Counted from the first letter of the stretch, positions 49,021 through 59,713 are shown. The stretch: DNA of 64,000 nt from an uncultured Gemmatimonadales bacterium (GCA_963783305.1 CAWAMW010000002.1:256001-320000); one strand, 5' to 3'. The notes: a model not told the origin generated them from the letters alone. Numbers and translations: made by a program.

Positions 49021-51188
49021 GACCTACCTTCTCTCGTTTCGTTCAGTGCTCGCAGCAGCTCCGCCACCGTCTCGTCCGACATTGCTTCCAGCGGACGACT
49101 CGATCGACGACGCCAGTTCCGCTCCCCTGTCGTGCCGGGCACGTTCTGCGGGTCCCGCTCCAGCCAGAGATCCTCCAGTGTCGCAAGGACCAATCCGGCC
49201 TTCGACTTCCCCAGCCGCCGCAGCAGCGCCTTCTGCACCCTCATCGCCTCGCGCTCGTCTTCGTCCGCGCTCGCATCACGGTCGGATCCGACGCGCAGAC
49301 CACGCCCCAGCTTCTCCCGCATCTGACCGCGACCCCGGAGCTCCGCGTCCGTCGCTTCATCCGACAGCTGACCCAGCTCCCGCCGGATCCGCAGGTCCTC
49401 GCCCCACCACCAGCCCGCGAACGTCGGCGTGTCGTGGGTCCCGATCGACGCCAGCGCGCCGTCCGGCACCTTCCTGGGTACCAGTGCCGGCTCGCTGGCG
49501 ATTCGATGATCGTCGTCGGAAGCTCGACGATCGATGTCCGATGTTCCACCGTCGTCCGCTTCCGTCAGCTCGAACTCGACGACATACATCCCCGGCAGAC
49601 CATGCCGGCGCATGGCTCGCCGCGTCTCTCGCGGAACCGTGCCCAGGTCCTCGCCCACCACCACCGCCCGGGACCGGTGCGACTCCAGACAGAGGACCGC
49701 GTAGAGCTCCTCCGCCGGGTAGCGCACGTACACGCCATCCCTGGCGTCGCCCGCCGGGATCCAGAACATGCGGTGGAGCTGCATGACGTGGTCGATCCGG
49801 AGCACGCCCGCGAAACGCAGGTGCTTGCGAATGGACGCGATGAAGTACCGGTGCCCCTGCAGCCGGCTGACCTCGGGGTGCAGCGGCGGGAACCCCCAGT
49901 CCTGTCCGCCCGCCGCCAGGGCGTCGGGCGGGGCGCCGGCCGAAGCCCCCGTGGCGAAGAGCGACCGCTCGCGCCACACATCGTACCCGCGGGAGTGGAC
50001 GCCCATGGGCAGGTCCAGATACAGCGACACGCCCCGATCGGCGCCGCGCTCCGCCACCTCCGCCAGCTGCCGCTCGGCCCGGTACTGCACGTACAGGTGG
50101 TAGCGGGCGACCGCCTCGTCGTAGTCGCCGGGCCGCACGTCCCGCGCCCGCAGCCGGGTCGGCCACCGGTCCCACGAGCCCCGCGCTTCCGTCAGCGCCC
50201 GGAACCGGGCGTAGTCGTCGGCCAACGGGTTGCGCGCCCGGAACGACGTCAGCTCCGGCGGCGAGTCGCTCGCCTCGAAGAAGCGGCGCGCCTCCGCCTC
50301 CAGCGCCGGCCGCCGCTCCGCCATCGCGGCCCGCGGATCCAGGAAGCGGCCGGCTTCCGCCGCGCGACCACCGTTCCCCTCCGGCGCCACATACAGCTCG
50401 TTCCAGAAGAGCCGGCTCACAGGCGCGTACGGGCTGGGCTCGTACGGATCATCCAGGAAAGCGGCCAGCAGTGGCAGCGTGCCAACCACGGATGCGCCCG
50501 CCTCCGCGGCGCGATCGGCGAACCGGCCCAGCGTTGGGTAGCCCGGCGCGCCGCCCGGCGCCGGGGCCGTCCCGCGCTCGTGCAGCGCGTAGAGCGGCGC
50601 GAACACGCCCCAGCGGCCGGCGCCGTCCCGACCAGGCAGCGCGGCCCACCCCACCGCCCGGTCGGGCGCGGCAATGAGCACTGCCTCGTAGCGCCGCCGC
50701 GCCCGACCCGTCCCGACCTCCACCACCAGATCGTGGTAGCCCGCAGGTACGCTCGGGAGCGGCAGCGCCCGTTCGACGTACTCCGTTCCCGCCACGTCCT
50801 CCGCGCGGAGCCGTTCCAGCGCCGCCCCCTCCAGTGAAGACTCCCGCTCCCCTCCATCCTCCAGCCGGACGGTGACCCGCACGGGCCGATCGACGAGGCC
50901 GGCGGATGTGCGGATGCGGGTGGAGCCCGGCGCCGAGGCCCCCAGCCCACCATCTGCGGGCGTCCACACCACCACGACGGGGTCCAGCGCGCGCTCCCAG
51001 AGCGTGCGGCAGCGGTGCGCCAGCCGATCCGGGATGGCCGCGGCGTCGGGCAGCTCCACGCCGAGCCCGCGGAGTGCCGCAATGAGGGCGTCTGGAGAGG
51101 CCTCGACGCGACGATCGTCGTTGTCGCTGTAGGCGGTCTGAACGCCGTGCAGTCGGGCCAGACCGTGGAGTCCGCGAGGAGCCGTCAT
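49017..51188 (-). CDS. malQ: 4-alpha-glucanotransferase (GH77)
   Basis: [57 protein letters not shown]. Confidence 0.93.
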   Translation of the reverse strand: MTAPRGLHGLARLHGVQTAYSDNDDRRVEASPDALIAALRGLGVELPDAAAIPDRLAHRCRTLWERALDPVVVVWTPADGGLGASAPGSTRIRTSAGLVDRPVRVTVRLEDGGERESSLEGAALERLRAEDVAGTEYVERALPLPSVPAGYHDLVVEVGTGRARRRYEAVLIAAPDRAVGWAALPGRDGAGRWGVFAPLYALHERGTAPAPGGAPGYPTLGRFADRAAEAGASVVGTLPLLAAFLDDPYEPSPYAPVSRLFWNELYVAPEGNGGRAAEAGRFLDPRAAMAERRPALEAEARRFFEASDSPPELTSFRARNPLADDYARFRALTEARGSWDRWPTRLRARDVRPGDYDEAVARYHLYVQYRAERQLAEVAERGADRGVSLYLDLPMGVHSRGYDVWRERSLFATGASAGAPPDALAAGGQDWGFPPLHPEVSRLQGHRYFIASIRKHLRFAGVLRIDHVMQLHRMFWIPAGDARDGVYVRYPAEELYAVLCLESHRSRAVVVGEDLGTVPRETRRAMRRHGLPGMYVVEFELTEADDGGTSDIDRRASDDDHRIASEPALVPRKVPDGALASIGTHDTPTFAGWWWGEDLRIRRELGQLSDEATDAELRGRGQMREKLGRGLRVGSDRDASADEDEREAMRVQKALLRRLGKSKAGLVLATLEDLWLERDPQNVPGTTGERNWRRRSSRPLEAMSDETVAELLRALNETREGRS

Positions 51189-54100
51189 CCGGCTCCATCG
51201 TCCATGAGCTGCCGGATGCCCAGCAGGGGTACCGCCAGCCAGTCCGGGCGGTTGTTCAGCTCGTAGCCGAGCTCGTAGACCGCCTTCTCCAGGAGGTGCG
51301 CGTCCAGCAGGATCCGCAGCTGCGACTCCTCCGCGGGCAGGAACGATCGGCCGGGCGCTCCCTCGGCCCTTGCCTCCTCGAGGTACCCACGCAGGAAGGC
51401 CGCGCTGGCCCACGCCGTCCAGAACCGGGCCCACCGGTCCAGGTTCTCCATGTCCCGCGTCCGCGCCAGTCCCCGCAGCTCCTCATCTCCCAGCGCTGTG
51501 TACGCCGCGTAGTGGAACGACCGCAGCATGCCCGCCACGTCCGAGAGGGGGGACTTCTTCAACCGGCGCTCCGTGAGCGGCCGCGCGGGCTCGCCCTCGA
51601 AGTCGATGATGATGAAGTCGCGGCCCGTGAACAGGACCTGCCCCAGGTGGTAGTCGCCGTGGGTCCGGATCCGGCTGGCGTCCATCTTCTCACCCACTAC
51701 CGCCCGCATCCGGTCCATGATCTCGTTCTTCCGCTCCACCAGACGCGCCGCCTCGTCCCGCGACTCCTCCGGCAGCGCGCTGATCCCCCGCGAGAGCGCC
51801 TGGAAGATGCGTCCACTCAGGTTCCGCATGGACTGGTAGAGCGACCGCTGGTAGAGCTCGCTGAACGCCTGCGGCGCGAAACCCTCCCGCTCCGCGCTGT
51901 CCGCCAGCGCCCGGTGCATCTGCGCCGTCCGCTCCCCGATCAGCCGCGCCGAGTCCATGTACGCGCCCATCAGGTCTCCGGCCAGCTCCGGCGGCTCCTC
52001 GGCCGCACGGTCCACCATGGAATGGACGTCCAGCGGCAGCGGCGCCTCATCGAGCTCCGGCTGCTCCGTGATCACGCGCTCGTAAAACCCGCCCAGCGAG
52101 TCCAGGGTGTACGCCCACGCGTCGCCCTCGTTGGGGACGAACCGCTTCATCACGCCGATCGTATACGACGCGCCGTCCTCGGCGCGATAGCTCAGCTCCC
52201 CCGTCACCGCCGGCGTGTGCTCGAACCCCTTCCGGCCGAGCTGGTGTGCGATCTCCACATCCGGGTTCACGCCGCTGTCCAGCTTCCGGAACAGCTTGAA
52301 GAAGAGCTCGTTCCCGTACAGGATGGACGTGTTGCTCTGCTCCACCCGCACCAGCTGCGGCTTCAACGACTCCGGCTCCGATCTGCGTCGGTCCCGGAAC
52401 TCCTTCACCAGCCCGCCCCGGACCTCGCCCGCACTGCCATGCAGCTTCTTCCGCGTGGCCATGACCGACAGGATGTCCCGGGCGAATGACGGCTCTACGG
52501 TCGCGTCGTAGATGACGCCGGAATCCGACTCGTCGGACGCCCCCGTCCGCGCCACCACCGCGTGGGGCTGACTCTTCATCAGCTGCTCCGCACGCTCCCC
52601 CACCGCGTGGGCCAGCGGCAGTACGTACGTCTCCGGGTCACCGTCCACGTAGCTCACCCGCACCAGCGTCACCCGCGACTCCACTTCGCCGCCGCTCGAC
52701 CGCAGGACCTCCACAATCCGCGCGTGACGGATCTTCCGCGCCTTCCCGCCAAACCAGCGGCGCGGACGCATGTAGTCGGGGAGGATCCCCTCCACCGCAG
52801 ACCGGTCCTCGTCGTCCAGCAGCGACGTCCAGTCGCCGCCGGTATGGACCAGCACCGGCCACTTCGGACGCTTCCCCATCTCCAGCGCCGGCCGGTCTCC
52901 GCTCCGCTCCGGAGTCAGCTGGAACCAGTAGAACGTGTGCGGGCCCATGGTGAGGAAGTACGGGAGCTCGCCGATCCGCGGGAACTCCGTATGGCCGAAC
53001 AGCTCCACTGGCACGCGACCCTCGTGCTCGGAGAGGTCGAGCTCTACCGCCTGCGTGAACCGCGACAGGTTCGCCACGACCATGATATGCTCATCCTCGT
53101 GCTCCCGAACGAACACCAGCACCTTCCGGTTGTCCGGCTGCAGGAAGCGGATGCTGCCGCGACTGAACGCCTTGAACCGCTTCCGCAGCGCCAGCAGCCG
53201 CCGCATCCACCAGAGCAGTGAGCTCGGGTTCGCCTGCTGCGCCTCCACGTTCACGGCCTCGAAGTGGTATTCGGGGTCCGTGATCACCGGCAGGTAGAGC
53301 TTCTGCGGGTTCGCCCGGCTGAACCCCGCGTTCCGGTCCCCGCTCCACTGCATGGGCGTGCGTACGCCGTCCCGGTCGCCCAGGTACACGTTGTCGCCCA
53401 TCCCGATCTCGTCCCCGTAGTACAACACCGGTGTGCCCGGCAGCGACATGAGGAGCCCGTTCAGCAGCTCGATCTTCCGGCGGTTGTTCTGGAGCAGCGG
53501 CGCCAGTCGCCGCCGGATGCCGAGGTTGATCCGCATCTGCGGGTCGTGGGCGTACGCCCGGACCATGTAATCGCGCTCCTCGTCGGTCACCATCTCGAGC
53601 GTCAGCTCGTCGTGGTTCCGGAGGAAGATGGCCCACTGGGTGTTCTCCGGAATCGCCGGCGTCTGCTCCAGGATGTCCAGGATCGGGAAGCGGTCCTCCA
53701 TCTGCACCGACATGAACAGCCGCGGCATGATGGGGAAGTGGAAGTTCATGTGGCACTCGTCCCCATCGCCCATGTACTCCACCGCGTCCTCCGGCCACTG
53801 GTTGGCTTCCGCCAGCAGCATGCGGTTCGCGTACCGCTCGTCGATGTGCGACCGCAGCTGCTTCAGGAATCCATGGCTCTCCGGCAGGTTCTCACAATTC
53901 GTCCCTTCCCGCTCGTACAGGTACGGGATCGCGTCCAGGCGCATCCCGTCCACCCCCATCTTCCACCAGAAGTCCATGGCCTTCAATACGGCCTTCCGCA
54001 CCGGCTCATGGTCGAAGTTCAGGTCCGGCTGCTTGTGGTAGAACCGGTGCCAGAAGTACTGCTGCGCCACGGGATCCCACGTCCAGTTGCTCGCCTCGAA

Positions 54101-54586
54101 GTCCTGGAAGATGATCCGCGCGTCCGAGTACTTGTCCGGGTCGTCCGACCACACGTAGTAGTCACGGTAGCTGCTCCCCTTTGGAGCCCGCCGAGCCCTC
54201 TGGAACCATGGGTGCTGGTCGCTCGTGTGGTTGATCACCAGCTCCGTGATCACGCGGATGTCGCGCTTGTGCGCCTCCCTCAGGAACCGCCGGAAGTCCG
54301 CCATCGTGCCGTACGCCTCGTGGACCTCCGTATAGGCCGCAATGTCGTACCCGTCATCGAACCACGGCGACGGATAGAACGGCAGCAGCCACAGCGCCGT
54401 GACCCCCAGCTCGTCCAGATAGTCCAGCTTCTCCGTCAGACCCCGGAAATCGCCCATCCCGTCGCCATTCGAATCGTAGAACGCCCGCAGCGGCACCTCG
54501 TATATGACCGCATCCTTGTACCACTCCGGGTCGTCCGGACGGACGTCGGGCTTCAACGGCTGGCTGGGCTTCTCTTTCGGTGGCAT
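51185..54586 (-). CDS. treS: Trehalose synthase-maltokinase fusion (TreS-Mak/Pep2)
   Basis: WYKDAVIYE, ELVINHTSDQHPWF, RLDAIPYL, FLRNHDELTLEM. C-terminal EQSNTS, HGDYHLGQVL, DFEGEP. Confidence 0.95.
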   Translation of the reverse strand: MPPKEKPSQPLKPDVRPDDPEWYKDAVIYEVPLRAFYDSNGDGMGDFRGLTEKLDYLDELGVTALWLLPFYPSPWFDDGYDIAAYTEVHEAYGTMADFRRFLREAHKRDIRVITELVINHTSDQHPWFQRARRAPKGSSYRDYYVWSDDPDKYSDARIIFQDFEASNWTWDPVAQQYFWHRFYHKQPDLNFDHEPVRKAVLKAMDFWWKMGVDGMRLDAIPYLYEREGTNCENLPESHGFLKQLRSHIDERYANRMLLAEANQWPEDAVEYMGDGDECHMNFHFPIMPRLFMSVQMEDRFPILDILEQTPAIPENTQWAIFLRNHDELTLEMVTDEERDYMVRAYAHDPQMRINLGIRRRLAPLLQNNRRKIELLNGLLMSLPGTPVLYYGDEIGMGDNVYLGDRDGVRTPMQWSGDRNAGFSRANPQKLYLPVITDPEYHFEAVNVEAQQANPSSLLWWMRRLLALRKRFKAFSRGSIRFLQPDNRKVLVFVREHEDEHIMVVANLSRFTQAVELDLSEHEGRVPVELFGHTEFPRIGELPYFLTMGPHTFYWFQLTPERSGDRPALEMGKRPKWPVLVHTGGDWTSLLDDEDRSAVEGILPDYMRPRRWFGGKARKIRHARIVEVLRSSGGEVESRVTLVRVSYVDGDPETYVLPLAHAVGERAEQLMKSQPHAVVARTGASDESDSGVIYDATVEPSFARDILSVMATRKKLHGSAGEVRGGLVKEFRDRRRSEPESLKPQLVRVEQSNTSILYGNELFFKLFRKLDSGVNPDVEIAHQLGRKGFEHTPAVTGELSYRAEDGASYTIGVMKRFVPNEGDAWAYTLDSLGGFYERVITEQPELDEAPLPLDVHSMVDRAAEEPPELAGDLMGAYMDSARLIGERTAQMHRALADSAEREGFAPQAFSELYQRSLYQSMRNLSGRIFQALSRGISALPEESRDEAARLVERKNEIMDRMRAVVGEKMDASRIRTHGDYHLGQVLFTGRDFIIIDFEGEPARPLTERRLKKSPLSDVAGMLRSFHYAAYTALGDEELRGLARTRDMENLDRWARFWTAWASAAFLRGYLEEARAEGAPGRSFLPAEESQLRILLDAHLLEKAVYELGYELNNRPDWLAVPLLGIRQLMDDGAG

Positions 54587-54608
54587 GGTCCTCGATTCGT
54601 AGAGAGGT

Positions 54609-54806
54609 GTCGGATTACGGATTATAGGGCACGGATTACAGGTCACAGTTCACAGTTCACAGATCACAGGTCACAGGTTACAGCCGAGGATCACGAAGCC
54701 TCGGTTTCCATGCTGTTCTGTGTTCTGTGTTCTGTGTTCTGTGTTCTGTGTTCTGTGTTCTGTGTCCTGTGCTCTGTGCTCTGTGTTCCTGTGTTCCGTG
54801 CTCCTG
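54609..54806. repeat. Inverted pair of heptamer tandem arrays
   Basis: About 11 units of (C/T)AC(A/G)GNT at 54609-54685, a central CCGAGG..CCTCGG hairpin, then about 12 units of CTGTG(T/C)(T/C) at 54718-54802. Confidence 0.9.
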
Positions 54807-54807
54807 T

Positions 54808-56895
54808 TCAGAATTCCTCACGTTCCGTCTCCCCACGTGGCCCGCTCCGTGTCACCTGGAAGATGTGGGCCGGCGAGGCGTGGGGGTTGAGCTCGACATA
54901 GTTGGGGCTGCCGCGCCAGACGTACCGGCTGCCGCTCATCAGGTCGCGCACCTCGAAGCTCTCGTCCCAGCCGATCCCCCACTCGTCGAGCGGCAGGTGC
55001 ACCATTGAGCTCTGCGTATGACGCGGATCGAGGTTCACCACCATGAGGATGAGCGTGCCGTCGTCGCCCGGCCGCTCTTCCTTGAACCGGTAGGTGTACG
55101 GGGTCCCGTCGGCGTGGCTCCATTTGCTGTAGGCGATCACCTGGTCATTGTCCGACCGGTGGAACCGGAGCGACCGGTTGTGCTGGAGCGCCGGCGTGCT
55201 CCTCCGGACTCTGTTCACCCGCCGGATCACCTCACGGATGTTCTCGTCCTCCAGGTCCCAGTCCCGGATCTGGTACTTCTCCGAGTCCAGGTACTCCTCC
55301 TTGCCTTCATCCCGCGGCCGACCCTCCAGCAGCTCGAACGCCGGCCCGTAGATCCCGTAGTTGGCCGACAGCGTGGCGGCCAGCACCAGCCGCTGCACGT
55401 ACATGGGCTTCATCCCGGTCTGCAGCTGGTCGGTCAGGATGTCGGGCGTGTTCGGCCAGGCGTTCGGGCGGAAGAAGTTCACCACCGGCGGCGACGACAG
55501 CTCCCGGAAATACTCCTCGATCTCCCACTTCGCCCGGCGCCAGGCGAAGTAGCTGTAGCTCTGGGTGTACCCGAGCTTCGCCAGCCGGTACATGACCTTC
55601 GGGCGCGTGAACGCCTCGCTCAGGAAGATCAGCTCCGGCCACTCCGACTTCAGCCTACCGATGCACCACTCCCAGAACCGGAGCGACTTCGTGTGCGGGT
55701 TGTCCACCCGGAACACCTTCACGTCCGCCTTCTCGATCCAGTGCCGGAACACCCCGTCCAGCTCCTCCCAGAGCGCCTGCCAGTCCGCCGTCTCGAAGTC
55801 GATCGGATAGATGTCCTCGTACTTCTTCGGCGGGTTCTCCGCGTATGCGATGCTCCCGTCCGGCCGGTGCCGGAACCACTCCGGGTGCTCCTTCACCCAC
55901 GGGTGGTCCGGCGACACCTGGAACGCCACGTCCAGCGCCACCTCGATCCCGTGCTCCGCGCGCGCGGTCTTCACCAGCCGCTTCAAGTCCTTGAGCGTGC
56001 CCAGCTCAGGGTGGATCGCGGTGTGCCCACCTTCCTCCGCACCGATCGCCCATGGCGACCCCACATCCTCCTGCGCCGCCGTCCGCGCGTTGTTCTTTCC
56101 CTTCCGATGCGTCCGGCCCACCGGGTGAATCGGGGGCAGGTACAGCACGTCGAAGCCCAGGTCCGCCACGTACGGCAGGTGCTCGATCACATCCTGGAAC
56201 GTTCCATGGCGGTCCGGCCCCCCGAGCGACCTCGGGAAGAGCTCGTACCACGCGCTGAACCGCGCCCGCTCCGGCTCCACCATCATCCGGAGCACCCGCG
56301 CATACCGCGTGGCCGTCGACCGGTCCGCATGCCGCTGCACCAGCGACCTCACGTCGTCCGAGAACGCCCGGTCGGCACGCTCGCCCGCCGCCACCGCCTC
56401 ATCCCGTACGTGCGCGGCCAGCTCCCGCAGCGCCTGCGCGTCACCCGGAGACGACGCCTTCGTCGCACCCGTGCCGTCCGCAGCCCGCTCCGACGCCGTC
56501 TCCAGCAGCACCGCGCCCATCGCCAGGTGCGTCTCCACGTCCACCCCCGCGGCGAGCCACTTCCGCATGTCGCGCTCCCAGCTCCCCCAGGGGTCGATCC
56601 ACGCCTCCACCGTGTACTCGTACCGGCACGGTTCCGTCGCCTCGAACCAGGCACGCCACCGGTCGTTCACCACCGGCTCCATCTCCACCTCGGACCACCC
56701 GCGCTTCCCCTCCCGCCGGTACAGCAGACGCACCGCAATCGCGTCATGCCCGTCCGTGTACGCATCGCACTCCACCCGAATCTGTCCCGGCGTACCCTTG
56801 GCCGGGAACCGCCCCGCATCCACCTCCGGCTCCACCCCCTCGATGATCACTCGCCTGCGTGCGGATGCCGGGAACTCACTCTGTCTGCGCGCCAT
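54808..56895 (-). CDS. glgE: Alpha-1,4-glucan:maltose-1-phosphate maltosyltransferase
   Basis: WYELFPRS, YLPPIHP, GSPWAIG, AENPPKKYEDIYP, FRVDNPHTK, FLSEAFT, NTPDIL. Confidence 0.96.
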   Translation of the reverse strand: MARRQSEFPASARRRVIIEGVEPEVDAGRFPAKGTPGQIRVECDAYTDGHDAIAVRLLYRREGKRGWSEVEMEPVVNDRWRAWFEATEPCRYEYTVEAWIDPWGSWERDMRKWLAAGVDVETHLAMGAVLLETASERAADGTGATKASSPGDAQALRELAAHVRDEAVAAGERADRAFSDDVRSLVQRHADRSTATRYARVLRMMVEPERARFSAWYELFPRSLGGPDRHGTFQDVIEHLPYVADLGFDVLYLPPIHPVGRTHRKGKNNARTAAQEDVGSPWAIGAEEGGHTAIHPELGTLKDLKRLVKTARAEHGIEVALDVAFQVSPDHPWVKEHPEWFRHRPDGSIAYAENPPKKYEDIYPIDFETADWQALWEELDGVFRHWIEKADVKVFRVDNPHTKSLRFWEWCIGRLKSEWPELIFLSEAFTRPKVMYRLAKLGYTQSYSYFAWRRAKWEIEEYFRELSSPPVVNFFRPNAWPNTPDILTDQLQTGMKPMYVQRLVLAATLSANYGIYGPAFELLEGRPRDEGKEEYLDSEKYQIRDWDLEDENIREVIRRVNRVRRSTPALQHNRSLRFHRSDNDQVIAYSKWSHADGTPYTYRFKEERPGDDGTLILMVVNLDPRHTQSSMVHLPLDEWGIGWDESFEVRDLMSGSRYVWRGSPNYVELNPHASPAHIFQVTRSGPRGETEREEF

Positions 56896-57132
56896 CTCTT
56901 CTCTGATCCAGGTGTCAAGGATTCCGTGCCAAATCGCACGGTACCGGGCCCCACCAACGGCTGCAAGATTCGTGAATAGCGGAACCCCGAGCCGTGGCGC
57001 AGCGGACTTACCATCCCCGGCGCGGCCCGCCCGCCGGATTCCGAATTCGGGAAGGCGGGGCAGGAAAAGGGAGCGGAGAGCCCGCGCGCTCCGCGCTGCT
57101 CCCCGCCCCCTTCGCCGCACGCTCCGTGGCAG

Positions 57133-57196
<64 letters not shown>

Positions 57197-57197
<1 letters not shown>

Positions 57198-57559
57198 CAC
57201 GCCGTGACGGAATCCCCGGAATCATACAGCCGCCACGCGATCCAGAACGTGTAGAGCGCGACGGCCGTGCCGAGCGGCGCCTTCGCCAGGTTGAAGATCC
57301 CGAGGATCACCGCGAGACCGAGGACCCAGCCACCCCAGTTCCTCAGCAGCCCCACGCCCACGATCAGGTTCGGCAGCGCCAGGATCATGGCCAAGGTGCC
57401 GACAAACCCGCCGATCAGCGACATCGTCCCCATGGCCATCGGGTCGCCCGACAGCCAGCCGATCCCCGACAGGAATCCAAACGCCATCAGCCCGATGAAC
57501 AGATCGAACAGGCCCAGAAAGACCTGGAGCCAGCCGAGGATCTGAACGTGTTTGCGCAT
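57197..57559 (-). CDS. Small multi-TM membrane protein
   Basis: MRKHVQILGWLQ...PLGTAVALYTFW, hydrophobic. AGGAGGAGG RBS. Confidence 0.8.
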
Positions 57560-57629
57560 GCCTCCTCCTTCTCGTCATGAGAGTCCCACTCTCCCTACGA
57601 CCCCACCTCCCTGCGTGCTTCAATCCGTC

Positions 57630-58364
57630 CTATCCCACTACCGCCACCCCGCCCAGCACCGACCCCGCCGCCCCCTCCAGCCGAACATCGACGACTTCGC
57701 TCAGCACCGTCCGCGATGGGTTCACCTCCACCAGCAGCGCCCCCCTCCGTTGCGCCAACCGCGCGATCGCCTGGATGTACCCGAAGCTCGCCTCCGTCCC
57801 GACCACGAGCGCCACGTCCACACCCTCGGCGATGAACTCCTGGACCCGCTCGATGGGGCTGCGGGGCAGCATCTCCCCGAACCAGACCACTGCGGGCCGG
57901 AGCCGCCCGGCGCAGTCGTGGCAGAGGGGGGGCAGCGCGGGCAGGGGGTGGGTGTGCTCGTTGTGCTCGGCGCCGCAATCCTCACACCGGACCCGCCAGA
58001 TACTGCCATGGATGTGCGCGACTTCCGCGCTCCCCGCACGCTCGTGCAGGTCGTCCACGTTCTGCGTGGCCACGAGCACCTCTTTCCCTGCCGACTCCCA
58101 CGCCGCCAGCGCGCGGTGGCCGGCGTTCGGCTCCGCCCCGGCGATCAGCCCGCGCCGGTACTGGTACCACTCCCAGACGTAGGCGGGGTCGCGGTCGAAC
58201 GCCGCGCGGGTGGCGAGGCGGGCGGGGTCCTCCTTCCGCCACCACCCGTCCCCACCCCGGAACGTGGGGATCCCGGACTCCGCCGAGATCCCCGCTCCCG
58301 TGAGGGCGAGGATCCGCTGGGCCGCATCGAGCCGCTGTCGGACTCTGTCGCGATCATCCGTCAT
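57630..58364 (-). CDS. cobB: NAD-dependent protein deacylase (sirtuin)
   Basis: TGAGISAESGIPTFRG, TQNVDDLHERAG, HGS, CEDC..CHDC, RPAVVWFGE. Confidence 0.95.
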   Translation of the reverse strand: MTDDRDRVRQRLDAAQRILALTGAGISAESGIPTFRGGDGWWRKEDPARLATRAAFDRDPAYVWEWYQYRRGLIAGAEPNAGHRALAAWESAGKEVLVATQNVDDLHERAGSAEVAHIHGSIWRVRCEDCGAEHNEHTHPLPALPPLCHDCAGRLRPAVVWFGEMLPRSPIERVQEFIAEGVDVALVVGTEASFGYIQAIARLAQRRGALLVEVNPSRTVLSEVVDVRLEGAAGSVLGGVAVVG

Positions 58365-58388
58365 GGGGTTTCCCACCTTCTGAACAGC

Positions 58389-58546
58389 CGTGACGCGAAG
58401 AACTCGAAGAAGCGAAGGCCTCGAAGAACTGCGGGTGTCGGACTGCTCCGCAACCCCGGCGTATCCCGCGAATTAGGGGAGTCCTTTGTTCTACTTTTCT
58501 TGTTTTGCTTCGACCCCTTCGACGCTTTTGAGCTCTTCGTGTCACG
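58389..58546. repeat. Inverted-repeat (MITE-like) element with ~9-nt periodic arms
   Basis: Left arm CGTGACGCGAAGAACTCGAAGAAGCGAAGGCCTCGAAG pairs imperfectly with right arm CTTCGACCCCTTCGACGCTTTTGAGCTCTTCGTGTCACG. Confidence 0.7.
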
Positions 58547-58565
58547 CCTTTGTTTACACTCGTGT

Positions 58566-59516
58566 CTAACCCACCTGCTGCCGGACCTGGTCGAGCTTCC
58601 CGAACGACTGGAGCTTCTTCGACTTGGCGACGATGAACTCCGCGTACTCCTCGACGAAGACCTTGCCGGGCGCCCGGAAATCGAACTGCTCCGGCTGGTC
58701 GCGGAAGAACTCGCGGTGGACGCGGGTCCACACGAGGCGACCGTCGGTATCGATGTTGACCTTGGTCACGCCGAGCTCTGCGGCGCGGGCGAACTGGTCG
58801 GCGTCGACGCCCTTCGCGGAGGGGTCGAGCTTCCCGCCGGCCGCGTTGATGCGCTCGACCTCTTCCTGCGGGACGGAGCTGGAGCCGTGCATGACCAGCG
58901 GGAACCCCGGCAGCCGCTTCTGGATCTCCTCGATCCGTCCGAAGTGGAGCCCCTGGGAGCCGGAAAACTTGTAGGCGCCGTGGCTGGTGCCGATGGCGAC
59001 GGCGAGGGAGTCGCAGGCGGTGCGCTCGACGAACTCCTTCGCCTCGTCGGGGTCGGTGAGCCGGGCGTCCTTCTCGGAGACCGCGATGTCTTCTTCGACG
59101 CCGCCCAGCATGCCCAGCTCGGCCTCGACGCTGATCCCCTTCGCGTGCGCCCGGTCCACCACGCGCTTGGTGATGGCGATGTTCTCGTCGAACGGTGCGT
59201 GGGACGCGTCGATCATGACGGAGGAGTAGAACCCGCTGTCGATGCAGTCGTAGCACGTTTCCTCGTCGCCGTGATCGAGGTGCACCGCGAAGACGGCGTC
59301 CGGGTAGAGCTCGGCGGTGGACCGGATGATCGCCTCGAGCACCGTGGGGTTCGCGTACTTCCGGGCGCCCTTCGAGATCTGGATGATGAACGGCGCGGAC
59401 GCCCTCCGATGTCCCTCGAACAGGCCCAGCGCCTGCTCCATGTTGTTGATGTTGTATGCGCCCGCGGCGAACGAGCCGTAGGCGACGGAGAAGAGGTCGC
59501 GCGTCGTGATGATCAT
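58566..59516 (-). CDS. fba: Fructose-1,6-bisphosphate aldolase class II
   Basis: GAYNINN, HLDHG, SSVMIDAS, VEAELG, AIGTSHGAYK, VMHGSS, KVNIDTD. Confidence 0.95.
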   Translation of the reverse strand: MIITTRDLFSVAYGSFAAGAYNINNMEQALGLFEGHRRASAPFIIQISKGARKYANPTVLEAIIRSTAELYPDAVFAVHLDHGDEETCYDCIDSGFYSSVMIDASHAPFDENIAITKRVVDRAHAKGISVEAELGMLGGVEEDIAVSEKDARLTDPDEAKEFVERTACDSLAVAIGTSHGAYKFSGSQGLHFGRIEEIQKRLPGFPLVMHGSSSVPQEEVERINAAGGKLDPSAKGVDADQFARAAELGVTKVNIDTDGRLVWTRVHREFFRDQPEQFDFRAPGKVFVEEYAEFIVAKSKKLQSFGKLDQVRQQVG

Positions 59517-59713
59517 GCAGTGCCCTCTGGCGTTCATATGTGAAGGGTCCGGTCCCGGCGGCTCCGAGCCGAGCCGGTCCCGGAATGGATAGACCCGGGG
59601 CCGATCCCATGCAATCCGGACACCGCGGGCGCTGTCACCTGGCGTGCGCGAGCGCCGCGGGGGATGCTACATTTCGTCAGCCCCCTGGAGCCATCCACGA
59701 AGGAGCGAAGGGA

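Noticed and set aside
54609..54806. CRISPR array or a Cys/Val-rich peptide ORF (MFCVLCSV...)
   Set aside because: There are no unique spacers and no cas genes. The peptide is just the translation of the heptamer repeat.
57630..58364. Sirtuin as an anti-phage (Thoeris/DSR-type) effector
   Set aside because: It is a canonical stand-alone CobB with a zinc-binding Cys motif in a housekeeping context, with no defence partners.
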